From: Paraglomus brasilianum
Taxonomy: Eukaryota
Reading direction: 5' to 3'
NCBI GenBank assembly: GCA_910592345.1
Contig: CAJVPI010000219.1
Span: forward strand, 1-41,569
DNA length: 41,569 bases
Positions within the stretch are counted from its first letter, which is position 1. Each line of letters starts with the position of its first letter. The notes under the pieces are model-generated. The model saw only the letters and a list, made by a program, of their open reading frames with translations. It ran no database searches and was not told the DNA's origin. A program made the position numbers and the translations under genes. Below, one piece after another: positions 12,469 through 25,467 of the stretch.

Positions 12469-13544
12469 TCATTCAGTTTTATGACTCTTTCCATTAGCCG
12501 AATGGCCAGTCGCTGGCACTTTTCCACCAGTCCCTTTGTATGTCTTTTTAAAGAACTGAATGAACAAAAGTAAATAGCTGCTAAGCAAAACACACCCAAA
12601 GACGGCAGCATACGAATGTCCAGCACATGATCCTGAGTTTGGCATCCACGGGAAGTACCTTTCACTAAAGTAGGTATAGGTGCAGAAATAAACAAAGACC
12701 AAGTCGGCTATGAATTGGCCAATTTGCATCGATGTTAGGTATTTCTTCCACCAGATGCGTGCTCCACCAGCTGCTCGGTAATAGTAATAATACATGAATA
12801 CATGAACCATGAGGTTGAGTGTGATTGGAACCCATGACTGAAGAAGAGAAAAATTGCACATTGGGATGTGAGTGATGCAACCTGCGTCAAATTGAAAGCA
12901 TACGTTCAAACATTCGACAATACACATACCACTGACGTACGCCCAATAAGTTGAGAAAAGCAAAGAGCCGCTGTCATGCTATGATGATACCAATGAAGGA
13001 ATTCTAATATAAATGCCAACAGAAAATTAGTAAGACTACGGTTCGCTAGCCTCATCGTCACGTCACAAGGAATATACTTACCAAGTTGCTTTTTCCTAAG
13101 GACCAAGAACATGGTATCAAGAAATTCCCAGTACTTGACCAAATTATTCAAATAGTACAGCAGTTCTAATTTCTGGGTCCAGGCACCATTATCGCATATA
13201 GCGTAGAACAGCCCATTATTGTAGAGAATAGGAAACAGTTGTTCTACAAACAACAACAGAAGCGCAAGCGAAACTATCGTCAGAGCAAGATTATGCAACT
13301 GGAACAAAGCCTTTGCTTTGATCTCGTGAACATTCTTCATCAAAGACTGTCCTCCAAGTATTAATGCATAATAAGCGATGCATGCAAGACTGACTTCACC
13401 GAAAGTAGATAATGGAGTGACGCCAGATATAAATCGAAAATCGGCAGGATCATTTCCAGTAACAAACTCGTATGATTTTGCAAAGTAGTCATAAAGATAG
13501 ATGCCAAACGGACGCTCGGTCGTTATGCCAAATGACGATGTCAT
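12469..13544 (-). CDS. Fatty acid elongase, GNS1/SUR4 (ELO) family, ~301 aa, 3 exons
   Basis: Exons 13544-13082, 13003-12930, 12837-12469. Motifs KYWEFLDT, FLHWYHH (His box), NLMVHVFMYYYY, TSMQIGQF. Confidence 0.95.
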
Positions 13545-14781
13545 GTTTTGATTCTGGATACTGAGAATTTAGAAGAGCTCTCGTAAAAAAAATGAGTTCA
13601 AAGATAGAAATGGCGGGTGTCCATGGAAAATAAATTAAATTTTGGGACACACAAAACAAATGCGGTGTGACTGACAAGAATGCGGTTGACACATGAAATA
13701 TCACGAATTCTCTCTTTATTTGGGAGGATGCCCCATTCAGATATCACAATAGAGCCCATTCCGGGAAACTCGTACGTTTGCACGTGTTGATTAACTTCTC
13801 GACATAGCTAAGCTAGCATACCGGTCAAATTAAGGTGGAGGATTTATGCGGGAAGAGAGGCAACAAGAAGGTTGACTAGCCATTGTGCTTTGATGATAGA
13901 TAGCAAGTCAAAATGAACCAGTTTAGTGTTTCGTTAAAAACGAATTACTTCGTATGGGAAACAAATGTCAATACAGCGCCACAAACAAATCTCAGGGGGC
14001 AACAAACCAAAAATGAACATTTGATCACATGAATGTAAACCGATTTTTAAAGCGGCTTGGCTCATGCATGAATATACCCATGAATTACCTATTACTATGG
14101 CATGACAAATATGACCAATGGATTGAGATGAAACTGACACAATAACATGTTTAATGTATATGAAATTAATTTTGGAGTCCAAAAATTACAAAAATTATAA
14201 ATAACTGTTACTATTACTATTACTATTAAATTCTAACAATAAAAACTGCACCAAGATCGAGCGACCAGTCAATGAAATAGTCGTCGGCTTGTTGAGCTTT
14301 AGTAACCAAAGAGTCAATAACTTAACAATTCGATTTTCTGTAACTTTATTGTTGTTATAGAATGATTGCATGGGAGGAAAATACTCGGTTTCAAAGCCAT
14401 TGATTAGTATAACTTCACATGCATGCATGCTAATCGATGGAATACAGATATTTACATGCCCTTATCTTTGGGTATTTCTGAATATTCTTGCTTGGATCGT
14501 TCGCCGAATGAATAAAAGCCATGTCGATTTCTAAGCCAAGCACGTCAATAATCGGTAGTTTTCCATTCCATAATACTGCATTAATATACAAGCATCACTG
14601 GCTGTAAAGAGATTATCCTCTAACATCGAAAAAAACTAGTAGTGAGTTGGATCTGGTAGAAGAAGCATTAGGATTAGTTATGAATTTTATTGAAAATAGA
14701 ATTATCAAAGTCAACTTACATAGAATTGACGGATACGTATTCTTATCACTTTGTTGAATTATCGACTACAGCATTGCCTAT

Positions 14782-15506
14782 TCACAGTACGAACAACTGA
14801 TATATATAATAAGCACAGAAATATATCAGCCCAACCCATATTAAAACGGCGATCTCATTTCCTCTTATCAGCTGTATCCAACCAACACCATGTCTATTCT
14901 GTTTCCATTCTTCTAAACACCCTTGAGGATTTTTCATCACTGCTGTTCGTCCCCATGTGGTGATCGTCTGGTGAGTCATGGGGTTGTAAATCAGTAGGGC
15001 AGGTATCGTTGAGACCTTCCACTCGCGAACGAGCGACTCTCGGATCGGTAAGTCGTAAGGAATGTTATACCATGGCTTAGCATACGTGTATTCTTCAAAC
15101 GCCGATTCAGAATGATCAAGCGAAACATGAATTACTGCAAAGGAGGATCTATTGTCTTCAAGAAATGCGCAAAGACGCTACAATAAAACCGAAAGTTGAG
15201 TTTGCAAGAGAACATGGTATATTATCGACATTTGAAAGACACAAGATTAATACTCACAGGAGCAAACAACCGACAGGGCGGACACCAGCTAGCTCCCACA
15301 TAGAATCCAATAATTTTGTTTTCTACTTCACTTGTGGGAACTTTGTTTCCGTTGCAATCGTATAGGGTTATCCTTGACAGTATGGGGTCGTTCGCACAGT
15401 CTTTCTTGTCAGCGTCTAATGTTGGTTGTGATGTAAAATTAATCGGACATGTATCATCCGTACAGTCAGCAGGAGGGTTGCGAGTGATATTTTCTTCAGC
15501 AGACAT
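14782..15506 (-). CDS. Nucleoredoxin/tryparedoxin-like thioredoxin with C-terminal hydrophobic anchor, ~214 aa, 2 exons
   Basis: Exons 15506-15258 and 15177-14782. GFYVGASWCPPCRLFAP active site, VIHVSLD, PWYNIPY, WKVSTIPALLI; ends IAVLIWVGLIYFCAYYIYQLFVL*. Confidence 0.88.
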
Positions 15507-15813
15507 GATGAAAATAGAGTGTGGGGAAGGGATGTTGTATGCTATTCTATTTAATGAACATGTATCAAATTGTCACACAATGGGCGCATATGGTAAAATC
15601 ATTAGGCTTTTTGGACCAATAATAACACGATTATCCCAAACGCCCAAGAAGCGAGTTCGTTCTATCAATGGAACAAATAAAGCTTCCGTTCACAGATGCA
15701 ACATGAGGAGCATAGAACATTAGCTGGTTAAAGAATTTTTTTAATTTTTTAATTCTTTCATTTTTTTTTATTAATTAATATTAATGCATGCAGTATATAT
15801 GCTGTTAATAAAG

Positions 15814-15902
15814 ATCGACTTCCAACTTTTTTTTTTTTTATAATGTAGAACTTTATTGTCTAACTACGGTTACCCGCTAGAGCTAGTATCGACTTCCAAC
15901 TT
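15814..15902 (-). mobile_element. Extremely 5'-truncated non-LTR retrotransposon insertion (59 bp) with 15-bp TSD
   Basis: Direct repeat atcgacttccaactt at 15814-15828 and 15888-15902 flanks an insert that on the minus strand reads stem-loop (cgg-gtaa-ccg core), AATAAA, then poly(A). Confidence 0.8.
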
Positions 15903-16236
15903 GACGACTCGATAGTAGTAACACAAAGAATTTAGAGAAGATGGTTAAATCACAATATGCTGTCAATAATAATAAAGGCCCTACAATCACACTATATGCA
16001 TGCACTTGACACGAGAAATAAATGAACAACGTAAAAGTTATATATTTTGTGCTTAATAAGTAAATAATAATAATATCACAACAAAATTCAGGTGATGTTT
16101 GAAACGTTTAATCTATGAAACTTATAGTTCAATCTGAACATGTTGGACAGACATTAATATTTGCTATTTCAGTTGACAACCAGAATAAGTTAATCTTGAA
16201 GCTATTGTAAATCTTATATCTTTGAGACTGGTTATG

Positions 16237-18251
16237 TTATTTTTTTCTTTCAAAAAGATAATGACTAACAAACCATTCATCACCATGATTATAATTGAAC
16301 ATTGTAGCAACAGCCAAATAAAATGTTCTCCATCTGTTAAACCACGCTGTTGCATTTTCAGTTCCTGAATGGAAGAAAATTTTATTAATTGACTATAGGC
16401 ATACACATGCAAGCAAGTTCTGTAAATGATTCAATTCATACCATATGTTTGAGCCAGAATAGGAAGTGAAGCCTTCTTATTCTTATCTAATACTTTGAGC
16501 CATTCTTTTGCTGTTTGTCCATAGTGTTGCCCATTGACTACCCAGTGCTTCTTCAGATAAAGATCTTTTTGAAAATAGAGAAGCAAATCCTTTGATGGCA
16601 TTGTTCCACCTATTCATATAGTAGAATAGTTTGCTTTAATAACCTGTTCACCACATTTGATAGAGTATATAATGTGACATCTTTGTCAGTTTTACTCAAT
16701 TGTAATTACTATACCTGTAAAGAAATATGTTCCCATCCAACCATCACCTGGCACAAATCCATATGCCTTGTCTTTGTGACAGAAAACGTGAACAAATAGC
16801 AATCCATTTGGTTTTAACCATTTTGAGACTTTCTCAATGAGAAATTCATAATTTTTCATATGTTCAAACATTTCAATTGACAGTATTCTGTCAAATCTAT
16901 GGAAGTGGGAGAAAAAAAATATATTTAGATATATGGGCACTTTGGTTGTAATAAATAACATAAAGATGACTTACTCTTTGTTGTCATCAAAAGAAAAATC
17001 TACTATATTTGCAGTTATTACAGTCAGGTTGTCAAAACCTTTTTGCTTTGCAATAGTTTCAATATATATTTTTTGTGAAGCTGAATTTGACAATGCTGTG
17101 ACTTTTGCACTTGGGTATTTCTATTTAATAAAAGAATAGTTGACTGGTCAGATTACAATTGAAGAAGAAAAAAACAAATTTAGAAACATGGGAATATTAT
17201 CAATCTATTTATGATTAATCACTTATTTCAAAAAAAAAATAATTGTTTACCTCACATAAATATAGACATAGACTCCCCCATCCACATCCTAAATCAAGCA
17301 TGTTCATTCCATCTTCCAATTGAGCCCTCTCACAATACGCCTGAAGCATCAATTCTTCCGCCTCATCAAGAGACTCTTTGCCTGTTAATTGAAATACCCA
17401 GTTGCCATTAAATAGATATAATTTTATCATTATTCTTTGTAGTAAAACTTCTACTGGTAGGTTTACTGAATTTAAACTTGTTGCCAGTATTTTGATTACG
17501 TGCATTCTATGTGATATTACAATTCCTGTGTAAATTATTACATTTCCCCGAGACTCAATTACCATACAAATAGCAATACCACACAGAACGATGCATTACC
17601 ATCGCTGGAGTAACGTTGATATTAATTAATACTAGGACGTGTAATTCGCCATGTTGAAAGCATATGGATTCTTGTTATTTATTGTAAACCATAAGATTAA
17701 CTGGCAAATGTGTATGTTAGACGTTCTTAACGCATGTTTTGTGCAAATACCAATAATATCCGAATTGTTATTAATGAAACAAGACCCTGATAATTGTGAG
17801 TTACCACTATCAGTAAGATATGCGCGAATGTTTAATCTAGTCGAAGTTTGCAAGCTTTGCCATGACGATAGGCAATGTAATCTGGATGCGAATTGAGACA
17901 TCCTTTATCTTTGGAACACAACGTAGTAGCTATCTCTAATAGTTTATAGATGGTTTCGCTCTTACCTGTTGGAAATAGGCAACAGGAATATTTCATCCTA
18001 CTTCCAAGAGACAATTGCATGAATTCAGTAGTAACTTCATAGTGTTGTTGGTTGGCTTTATCAGTCTCAACCGCTATCGGACTCTCTCTCAACGTCTCTG
18101 CAAAAACCATTTTTTCTTCTTGGTTCTTCTGAACGTTTCCACATTCGAGATTGGCCAGCCTATCGCGTAGCATGATGCGTATGGCCATGGCTAATATTCT
18201 GTCAGGAATTAGGCCTCTGTCGATAAGTGGATCATACCATAATGAAGACAT
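16237..18251 (-). CDS. SAM-dependent methyltransferase, CFA/CMAS (coclaurine N-methyltransferase-like) family, ~346 aa, 6 exons
   Basis: Exons 18251-17966, 17381-17251, 17120-16975, 16896-16715, 16609-16442, 16364-16237. Motifs ANQQHYEV, MKYSCC, LDLGCGWGSL, FDRILSIEMFEHMKNY, YFFTGGTMPS. Confidence 0.92.
17651..17896 (+). mobile_element. Possible degenerate Ty1/copia reverse transcriptase fragment inside methyltransferase intron 1
   Basis: LLFIV..WQMCMLDVLNACF...LLMKQDP...VCKL has the spacing of the copia RT pattern W-x5-DV-x-NAF...YMKQP...VCKL. It lies in an unusually long (584 bp) intron. Confidence 0.35.
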
Positions 18252-19035
18252 GGCTAAGAATGCTGCGATTGCAAAAGAGAATTGAGCTGAAGAAAGATGG
18301 AATAGATGGCGTTGATATACTTGAGTATTTGTCATCCACAAATTGTGGTCGCCCAATGGGAATAGTAAAATTGGTAAATGAACTGCCAATCAATCACAGA
18401 CTGGATTTGGTGTTATATTAATGCAGAATGGTACTGCAGAGTAAATCAACATAAAACCCGTACAGACAGAAATATATATACGTCCAGGCTTATTTTGGGG
18501 GAGGAACAATTTAATGTTGCAATAATACATTGCATTGCTCAGAATGTGAAGCGATTCGGAATTCCACAGTGAATTAGGAGTCAGTTAATTTGTTTGAAGT
18601 AATAGTAAGTCTTACGAATTTGTTATTGTATTTATGCAAAGTGTTATCAAATTAAATTCATCGAATACAGAAATGAAGTAGACTCACTCCGATGAAATCG
18701 ACATAAAGATAGATGTTTCTTGGAAGAATCTCGCGAGAGCGACTGTAACTGATCATGTAGCAAACCGCGACATCAGTAGACGAAAAAATCAGCACGACAA
18801 ACGACACGACCATCTACTATAATCCAATTTAATGAGCTAGTATCTTCTATCAGACAATTCAGATTAAAGCAACCATTCAATAATTAGAAACAAATCGTTA
18901 CTATATACAGCTTGGAGCCTTAGTATTAATACCATAGGTTCAATAATTAATCCGATCCACACACAAATTGTTAAAACGACCAACCGGTTGACAAGTTCAG
19001 AAACGGACATTCTGCATAATTCCGACCAAGTCTCT

Positions 19036-21697
19036 TCAAAGCATTTTTGACATATACGGCCCTATAAATTTCAAAATTGCAATTTATATCTACTCTTTCC
19101 CTTCTCTCCGGTCTAATATTCGCCTCCATCCCTGTTTACTATACTCTCTACTCATACGCGCACTTACCGTCTAAATAGTATCCCAATTTTGAATAATATT
19201 TTCTAACTCCAATTCCACTAATAACACTAATTTTCTTGCTTCCGTGTTCTTCTTTTGCTATTCTCTCTGCTTCTTCCATCAGTAGAGTTCCAAAACCTTG
19301 ATGTTGAAACTTGGTAGGGTCACGGTTATGCATCGGAACAACCGATCCATATACGTGTAACTCCCTAATGATGGACGTTGGTGTAGTTGTGAGCTCTGGT
19401 CGGAATGTAGCTGAAGAACATTTGCGTAGGCGAAGAAGGCCAATTAGAATATCCTGTTGAGTGTCTTCATATGATAGGAAAGTCTCCCATCCATCATTAG
19501 CAACGTAGTCACGCCGAATTAATTCAACCTGTGACAATACAGACATAAGTTATCTATTACACAAACTACTCCCAAGGATATTGTCCTGGTCTTAAGATAT
19601 AGAGCTTTGGCTACCAACTTGCTGTTATTAGCATTTAAGCAAACATACCTCTTCGGGTCGAACTTTGTTATGTATGTCGACAATTCCGACTTCCCTTGTC
19701 CTAACATCTCGACATTCAATTCCAAGATCTTTCATCCTGTTCAGCGCTAGTTCACGTAGGTTTCCATGCTCAACGCCCGATGTTACCAGTGGCATTGGAA
19801 TATCGCTATAATAGAACAGGCAAGAGGAGTCATTATATCCCAGGATTTGAACGTCAATTCACCAGTATTTTACTAATCAACAATCTTATTTACCGCTGTA
19901 CTCTATATATTCGTGTCCATGGAGGAACGAGAGCTAGTATTCTAGCAATAAGGTCAACAAGCGCAGCAGGTGCATAGTTTTTGTATCTTCCCGTTCGCCA
20001 AAGTTCATAAAGCCCTTAAGGCAGAAAATGCAAGGATTAGATGAATTTCATTACTGTTGTTAAATCCATGTAACGCTTACCTGTGCCTCTGATAACCAAA
20101 GTTGGATAAATTTTCAGACCATCAGTACGAAAGGCTGGGTTCTCAAAGTATTCCTGCGGAGAATGTGAAAGTAATGTCAGTTGGAGTAATAGCATTAACC
20201 ATGGTTATTCTCTACTAACAAAATACCTTAAATTGCTCTAAATCCCTTTCCATGCCGACATTTGGTAAATCTGGCATCATGTGAGCAACCACTTTAAACC
20301 CTGAATCTTTTGCTAATTGAAATGATTCCGTTACAGCTTTGACAGTATGCCCTCTGTTGGTATCACGTGCAACATCTTCATAAATGCTCTGGACGCCTAT
20401 CTCTAGACGAGTACATCCATATCGGAGCATCTGGCTATTAAGGGAGAAATATTATGAATTAATCCAACCGAAGCGAAAGGTAGAAAAAATGACGTCACAT
20501 ATTAAACACTCACCTCAAGTGAGGTTTGAGGCAGTAATCAGGCCGTGTTTCAATAGTAATTCCGATACATTTTGTCTGACTCTGCTCTGAAAATCTGATG
20601 TAAACGAAGAATAGTGTGTCAGTATATTAAACAACTTCAAGGGAACGTTTACAGTTCTTGATCTTGATTCTTGCATAATCTCGCAATTTGCCGCCTTGAA
20701 CCTCTTCCGTATTGACTAACCTCTCCTAGACTCTCCTACCTCACAGATTCATCGACGTCATCAGTTGCGTGGCCCGATAATGCATTATGCAAATTCGCAA
20801 TAAACCAGTTTTTGTAATCCTCTGGTAACGACATAAACGTGCCACCCATGATGATGTATTCTACCTTGTCTACGTCATGACCTAAACTTTTCAATTGATC
20901 GATTCGACCTTTGGCTTGCTCTAACGGATGATATCGTGCACGGATAGCTCGCATACTTGTGGGCTCATAGCCAGTATAGGATTGAGTAGAATATTCAAAA
21001 TCTGAATCGGGACCACCTGGACAGTAACTAGGTGAATGACCCAGACGTCGTGGAAACGAGTTGAGCAAATGGTTAAAATATTCAAAGACATATTCTTCAC
21101 GTGTATAAGAAGAATTCAACTTACACACAGACGTTGCCTGTCATTGCAATATGCGGGCATCGGTGCGGTTTACACATCACTGCTACCACTGCAATCTAAT
21201 ATTTAATGGCAATATCGTTAGCTTAAAGATCAGCTTTATGATCAAGCATAATTTTATAACAGCGTGACTTACACCACTTGCTGTTCTCACAGGTTTAGCT
21301 TTTAACTTTGGTAAGAGTGCCTTCTTGTATGCTTCAGGTATGGCAGCTATTATATCGACCAATTTAGGTTGATTATTTAATTTATTCCTCTTCGAGTATT
21401 TAGTCTTCAAGCCATTGAGATTAACGTCTTTATTGTTCTCATGTGCAGTAATTAGCTCGTTGACTATTTCTGCACAAGCCTTCACCATTAACTCTGTCTT
21501 TACAAAGAACAATATAAGGAAATTGGTCCACATGGGTATGCAAAGAATACACGATTGATAATACCTGAGTTGGGCCTTTATTTCATAGAACAAGATCCGA
21601 TCGCAGAAGAAAAAGTCAATTGACTGTGCAATGTATAAAATAATTTTCCTCTACATCATATACTATATTTCATACCCTTCCTCTGTGTGGAAGCCAT
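19036..21697 (-). CDS. ELP3: Elongator complex catalytic subunit (radical SAM plus GNAT), 12 exons
   Basis: [73 protein letters not shown]. Short exons 21697-21676 and 21575-21565 precede the main body. Confidence 0.97.
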
Positions 21698-21967
21698 ATT
21701 ATTTGATGGATACGGAAAATTTAATTTGTTTGGGTTTTTATAGTGGACAGCATAACGATGATTGGCTGCTCATACATCCTGTTACATCATCATGATGATC
21801 AAAATGATATATGCAAACGCGTATACAAATGCAAAGACTGGTTGACATAATCACTATTATTACAATGAATCGATTTCGAAAATTCGCTGCTTCGAAAGTC
21901 TTCCTTGAACTTAACCTTCCACCGAGAACATCAAAGCCTTCGGGCTTGCCCTATTGGGGGTCGTATA

Positions 21968-22119
21968 CAGTGTGTTACAAAAGTCTCCTAAGTTGAATAA
22001 ACAAATATTTACAATTAGTATCGAGAATTCGATTTGTATTAACCAAAAAGTCAAGATTACATATGGCTTAGACATTTAGCTAAAAAGTTTAATTATTCTC
22101 AGACTTTTGTAACACACTG
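21968..22119. mobile_element. Tc1/mariner-type MITE, 152 bp
   Basis: Perfect 19-bp TIR cagtgtgttacaaaagtct (21968-21986) / agacttttgtaacacactg (22101-22119) with TA on both flanks. Confidence 0.9.
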
Positions 22120-23488
22120 TATATCAATAGTATTAAAACATACGTGATGCTGAAAAGTTTGCGCGTGGGGTTTGATTTCAAAGTAACTATTTCGTTTCGT
22201 TCCTTTAATTAAACGTCACAGTCCTTATGACTGTCTAGTAATGTGATAGCAATTCTCCACAAATGCTTCAATGCTTCGATGGTTGAAAGCCATTTGCCAC
22301 TACACTAACGATGATAATAATAAAACAAAGTTTGAAGGCGGATAGTGTTTAATGTGTAGTTGTTATAACAACACCTATTTTATAGCTTATAAGTTTATGT
22401 GATTACATGTAGGCTCGTTATCACATATTCTAATAAGCAAGCTAACGTTTATGCTCCATTAGTTTATGAAACAGGTGCTAAGCAATTTGAGGCCGTAGTT
22501 TTTTCCCTTCAAAGCCAGTTTCAGTTTGAAGTTTATATATTCTTACTGTGATATCATTACTCGTCACAGGGGCATTATTTTGTTGTAAAATAAACAAATT
22601 ATGGTGTTAGATATCGGTAGTGTTACAAACATAGTAGTGGGAAGCTTTTTTAAGATATTACTTTACAACGCAAATTTGATCGGGGCATCGAGCTGTTGAA
22701 AAGGCCCTTGATTAATTTCACTACGTGATTGTCGTATTTTATGTACCATGATGTTATTCCGAAATGGTTAGCATTGAATAAATCTATTATTAACGTCATT
22801 GCAACTCAACGCCTTACAAAATTACGACGCCGGAGCACCTTTCAACGATTCACTTTGAACCCTGTCACAAACTTGATTTTTTACGCTATCAAGGCACAAA
22901 CAAGCACTTTTTTAACTAATCTATTATAAATACTGTAACCCAGAAACTGAAAAACAAGATACCAACTGCATGTTAACGTCTAATATTAAGATTGCTTTAG
23001 AAGAAGCTAAGCCAGAACATGCGCCGATGTTGCTGAAGAACCTAAAATGTGCTTAAGAATTATGACATCTTCACAATGAAAAAAGTATGACACACAAGCC
23101 TAATAATGAATCAAGAATTGCAATTTTAGAAGCGCTTGCTGAACCGAAGAAAAAAAAAAAAGGGTTAATAGGCAGGCGAGGTTTCTTCCAGCTTTTTGAG
23201 TTGTATGTTATCTCACGTCGCTTACAGCTAATCTGGTTGCTTCTGCAATAGCAAGTTCGGGAATTTTTGTTATTGTGTTCCAACCAACGCAAGGTTGTGT
23301 CTAAGAATTGTTGCGAATCGGATTAGCATCACGCGAGACAAAAGTGTATGATTAGTATTAGTCCCCGTTTGGCTCACGATTTAGACATGGAGCGGCGCAG
23401 CAATCATGTGTTATTGAAGGTATATATATAATTGGTACGTTCATCAACAGAAATTCCAATAATCACGCTGCCCAAATTCAAGACAAAT

Positions 23489-24468
23489 ATGCCCTTACAG
23501 CTTAAAGTTATATTTGACCCACCTCTCTCCAAATCTTTCGAGGTAGAAGAACCAAAACTTTTGGCTATTGGTCGCGATGTTATGTCTGTTCCTGATGAAG
23601 AAATCGGAAAAGTACAAGGTTGTTTCTCTGGATGTTTTCATTTGGCAGAATGGTTAAATGACAAAGTTATTAACCAATCCTATCAATAATCATTCGTTAG
23701 CTTCATTCCAATTTTATTCGGGTGGAGTATCTGTCACTTCGGTAAATAGTAGTAAATAAGGTTTTAGATATGTTCACATGATATGGTTGGTTATAAGAAT
23801 TCTCGTTAAATCTAGTTCGGTCCTATACCAATGACAAAAGGTAATGATAGTATACTATATCCAAAGGACGTTGAGTTGGAAGATGGAGACAGGCTTTGTC
23901 TGGTCAAGGTGAGAAAGTCTTTTCGAATTTTAAAGAAATGGATTTATTTCTTTTCTCAAAAGATTTGCGCCCATATGCTGCGTAGGGAAAATATCCATTC
24001 ACAGTCAGAATAACGAACGTGTCGAAGCCTGAACGCATGACAGACGATTTAGTTGAAAATCTCGGCGAATCGTCAACCAAAGAGCTGTCATATGATTTTC
24101 AAGATCTTTATCTTGGTGATGAAGACGATGATAGTGCGGGAGGTCATAATCGAAGTATATTTGAAGACGTAACATTTTGGGATCGTATAATAGAAGCTCA
24201 AAGAACAGGAAGGCTACACGGTCGTAATGATGTAATTGCAATGGTCGAAACGGAAGAGGATGAGTTAGATAACGATGAGACCATCTCAACCGAGAGCAGC
24301 TATCTTGGTAGCTATGCTTCCTTTGATTCCGATGATGATGGTTCAGATACAAGGGAAAGGAAACGGTGGAAAGGAGATCGCCAAGCTGTAGCTTTAACCA
24401 AACCCATGATCTCACGTGTTGTACCTGAAACCGAAACTACAACTAGTACTAGTCAGGTAGTTATGTAA
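23489..24468 (+). CDS. FHA-like (PNKP/aprataxin type) domain protein with acidic C-terminal region, ~248 aa
   Basis: Exons 23489-23618, 23701-23741, 23816-23908, 23986-24468. LAIGRD...GKVQASF...VSVTSFGPIP...ELEDGDRLCLVKGKYPFTV, then a D/E/S-rich tail. The first donor (GTTGTT) is weak; a possible extra 39-nt intron would move the stop to 24555. Confidence 0.72.
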
Positions 24469-25467
24469 TCAAATATGGTCAACTTTTTTAAACAGAAGGC
24501 ATTATTAACGAGCTGTTTACATTCGAGCAGTGGGAATCGCAGCGATGTTCCGTGAACACGAATATATCGTTCGAAACCGTGACAGTTTCCACTGATCATG
24601 AATGAAAGAGGCTGAATAATTGCAGATGAGCTTGTCTGGTTGTCATTAAACAGAAGTATAGAATTTGCCGCCAACACGTTCGAGTATAATACAATAGCGA
24701 CTCGACCCGTACTTTGCTAGACAATGGTTATTACATAAAAGATGAATTCACTTAAGTAATGACCACTATCATAATTATTGTATTTCTTATTGGCTTGTAA
24801 ATTTTTGCATTGTCATTCCGCACGCAAAAGTTTCGATTATCCACGGCAAGGTAAATTTTGACTCACTGGACAATACTATTACTATATTCAGATAGATTGA
24901 GATCTTTGTTTACTAATAGTAATAGTAACAACTGTGACTTTGACAATATGCTGATAACTGAAGATATCCAGATATTGTTTAATGCGTTCCAAATCTTAAT
25001 ACATAAACCAAATGCCCATAATAATAATACTCAAAGCTCGTAAAGATACACCCATTCCGGAAAGATGAAACATGGATTACAAAACACGTTGCATCTCATT
25101 TAGTCTAGAAAAAGTTAGTATGCGTTTGGAAGGAGAGTTGTCTGAAGTAATAGTTTTGACACGTATTCTTGCGATGAGAGTAAAATGTGCTTTTGTTATT
25201 GTTGATAAGAAAACTGCTTTTGTGAATCGATTGAAACGCACCTTTAATATTAATATCACTATTTATATTTGCCCTCCCCTAGTACTAGAGGGAAAAAAAT
25301 CAAATATCAAACAAAGCATTGATTACATATATTATTTGCAAGCCAGGAAAAGATTTCGCCACAAAATCTGGGTATTATATTGCTTCAATCTTCCTATCGA
25401 ATGACACTCGACATACGAGCACACTATCGCTTGGGCTGTTTTCCGTACTCCTGTACTACTGAATATA

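Noticed and set aside
25072..25404. 110-aa ORF
   Set aside because: No motifs or splice support; lies beside the TE nest.
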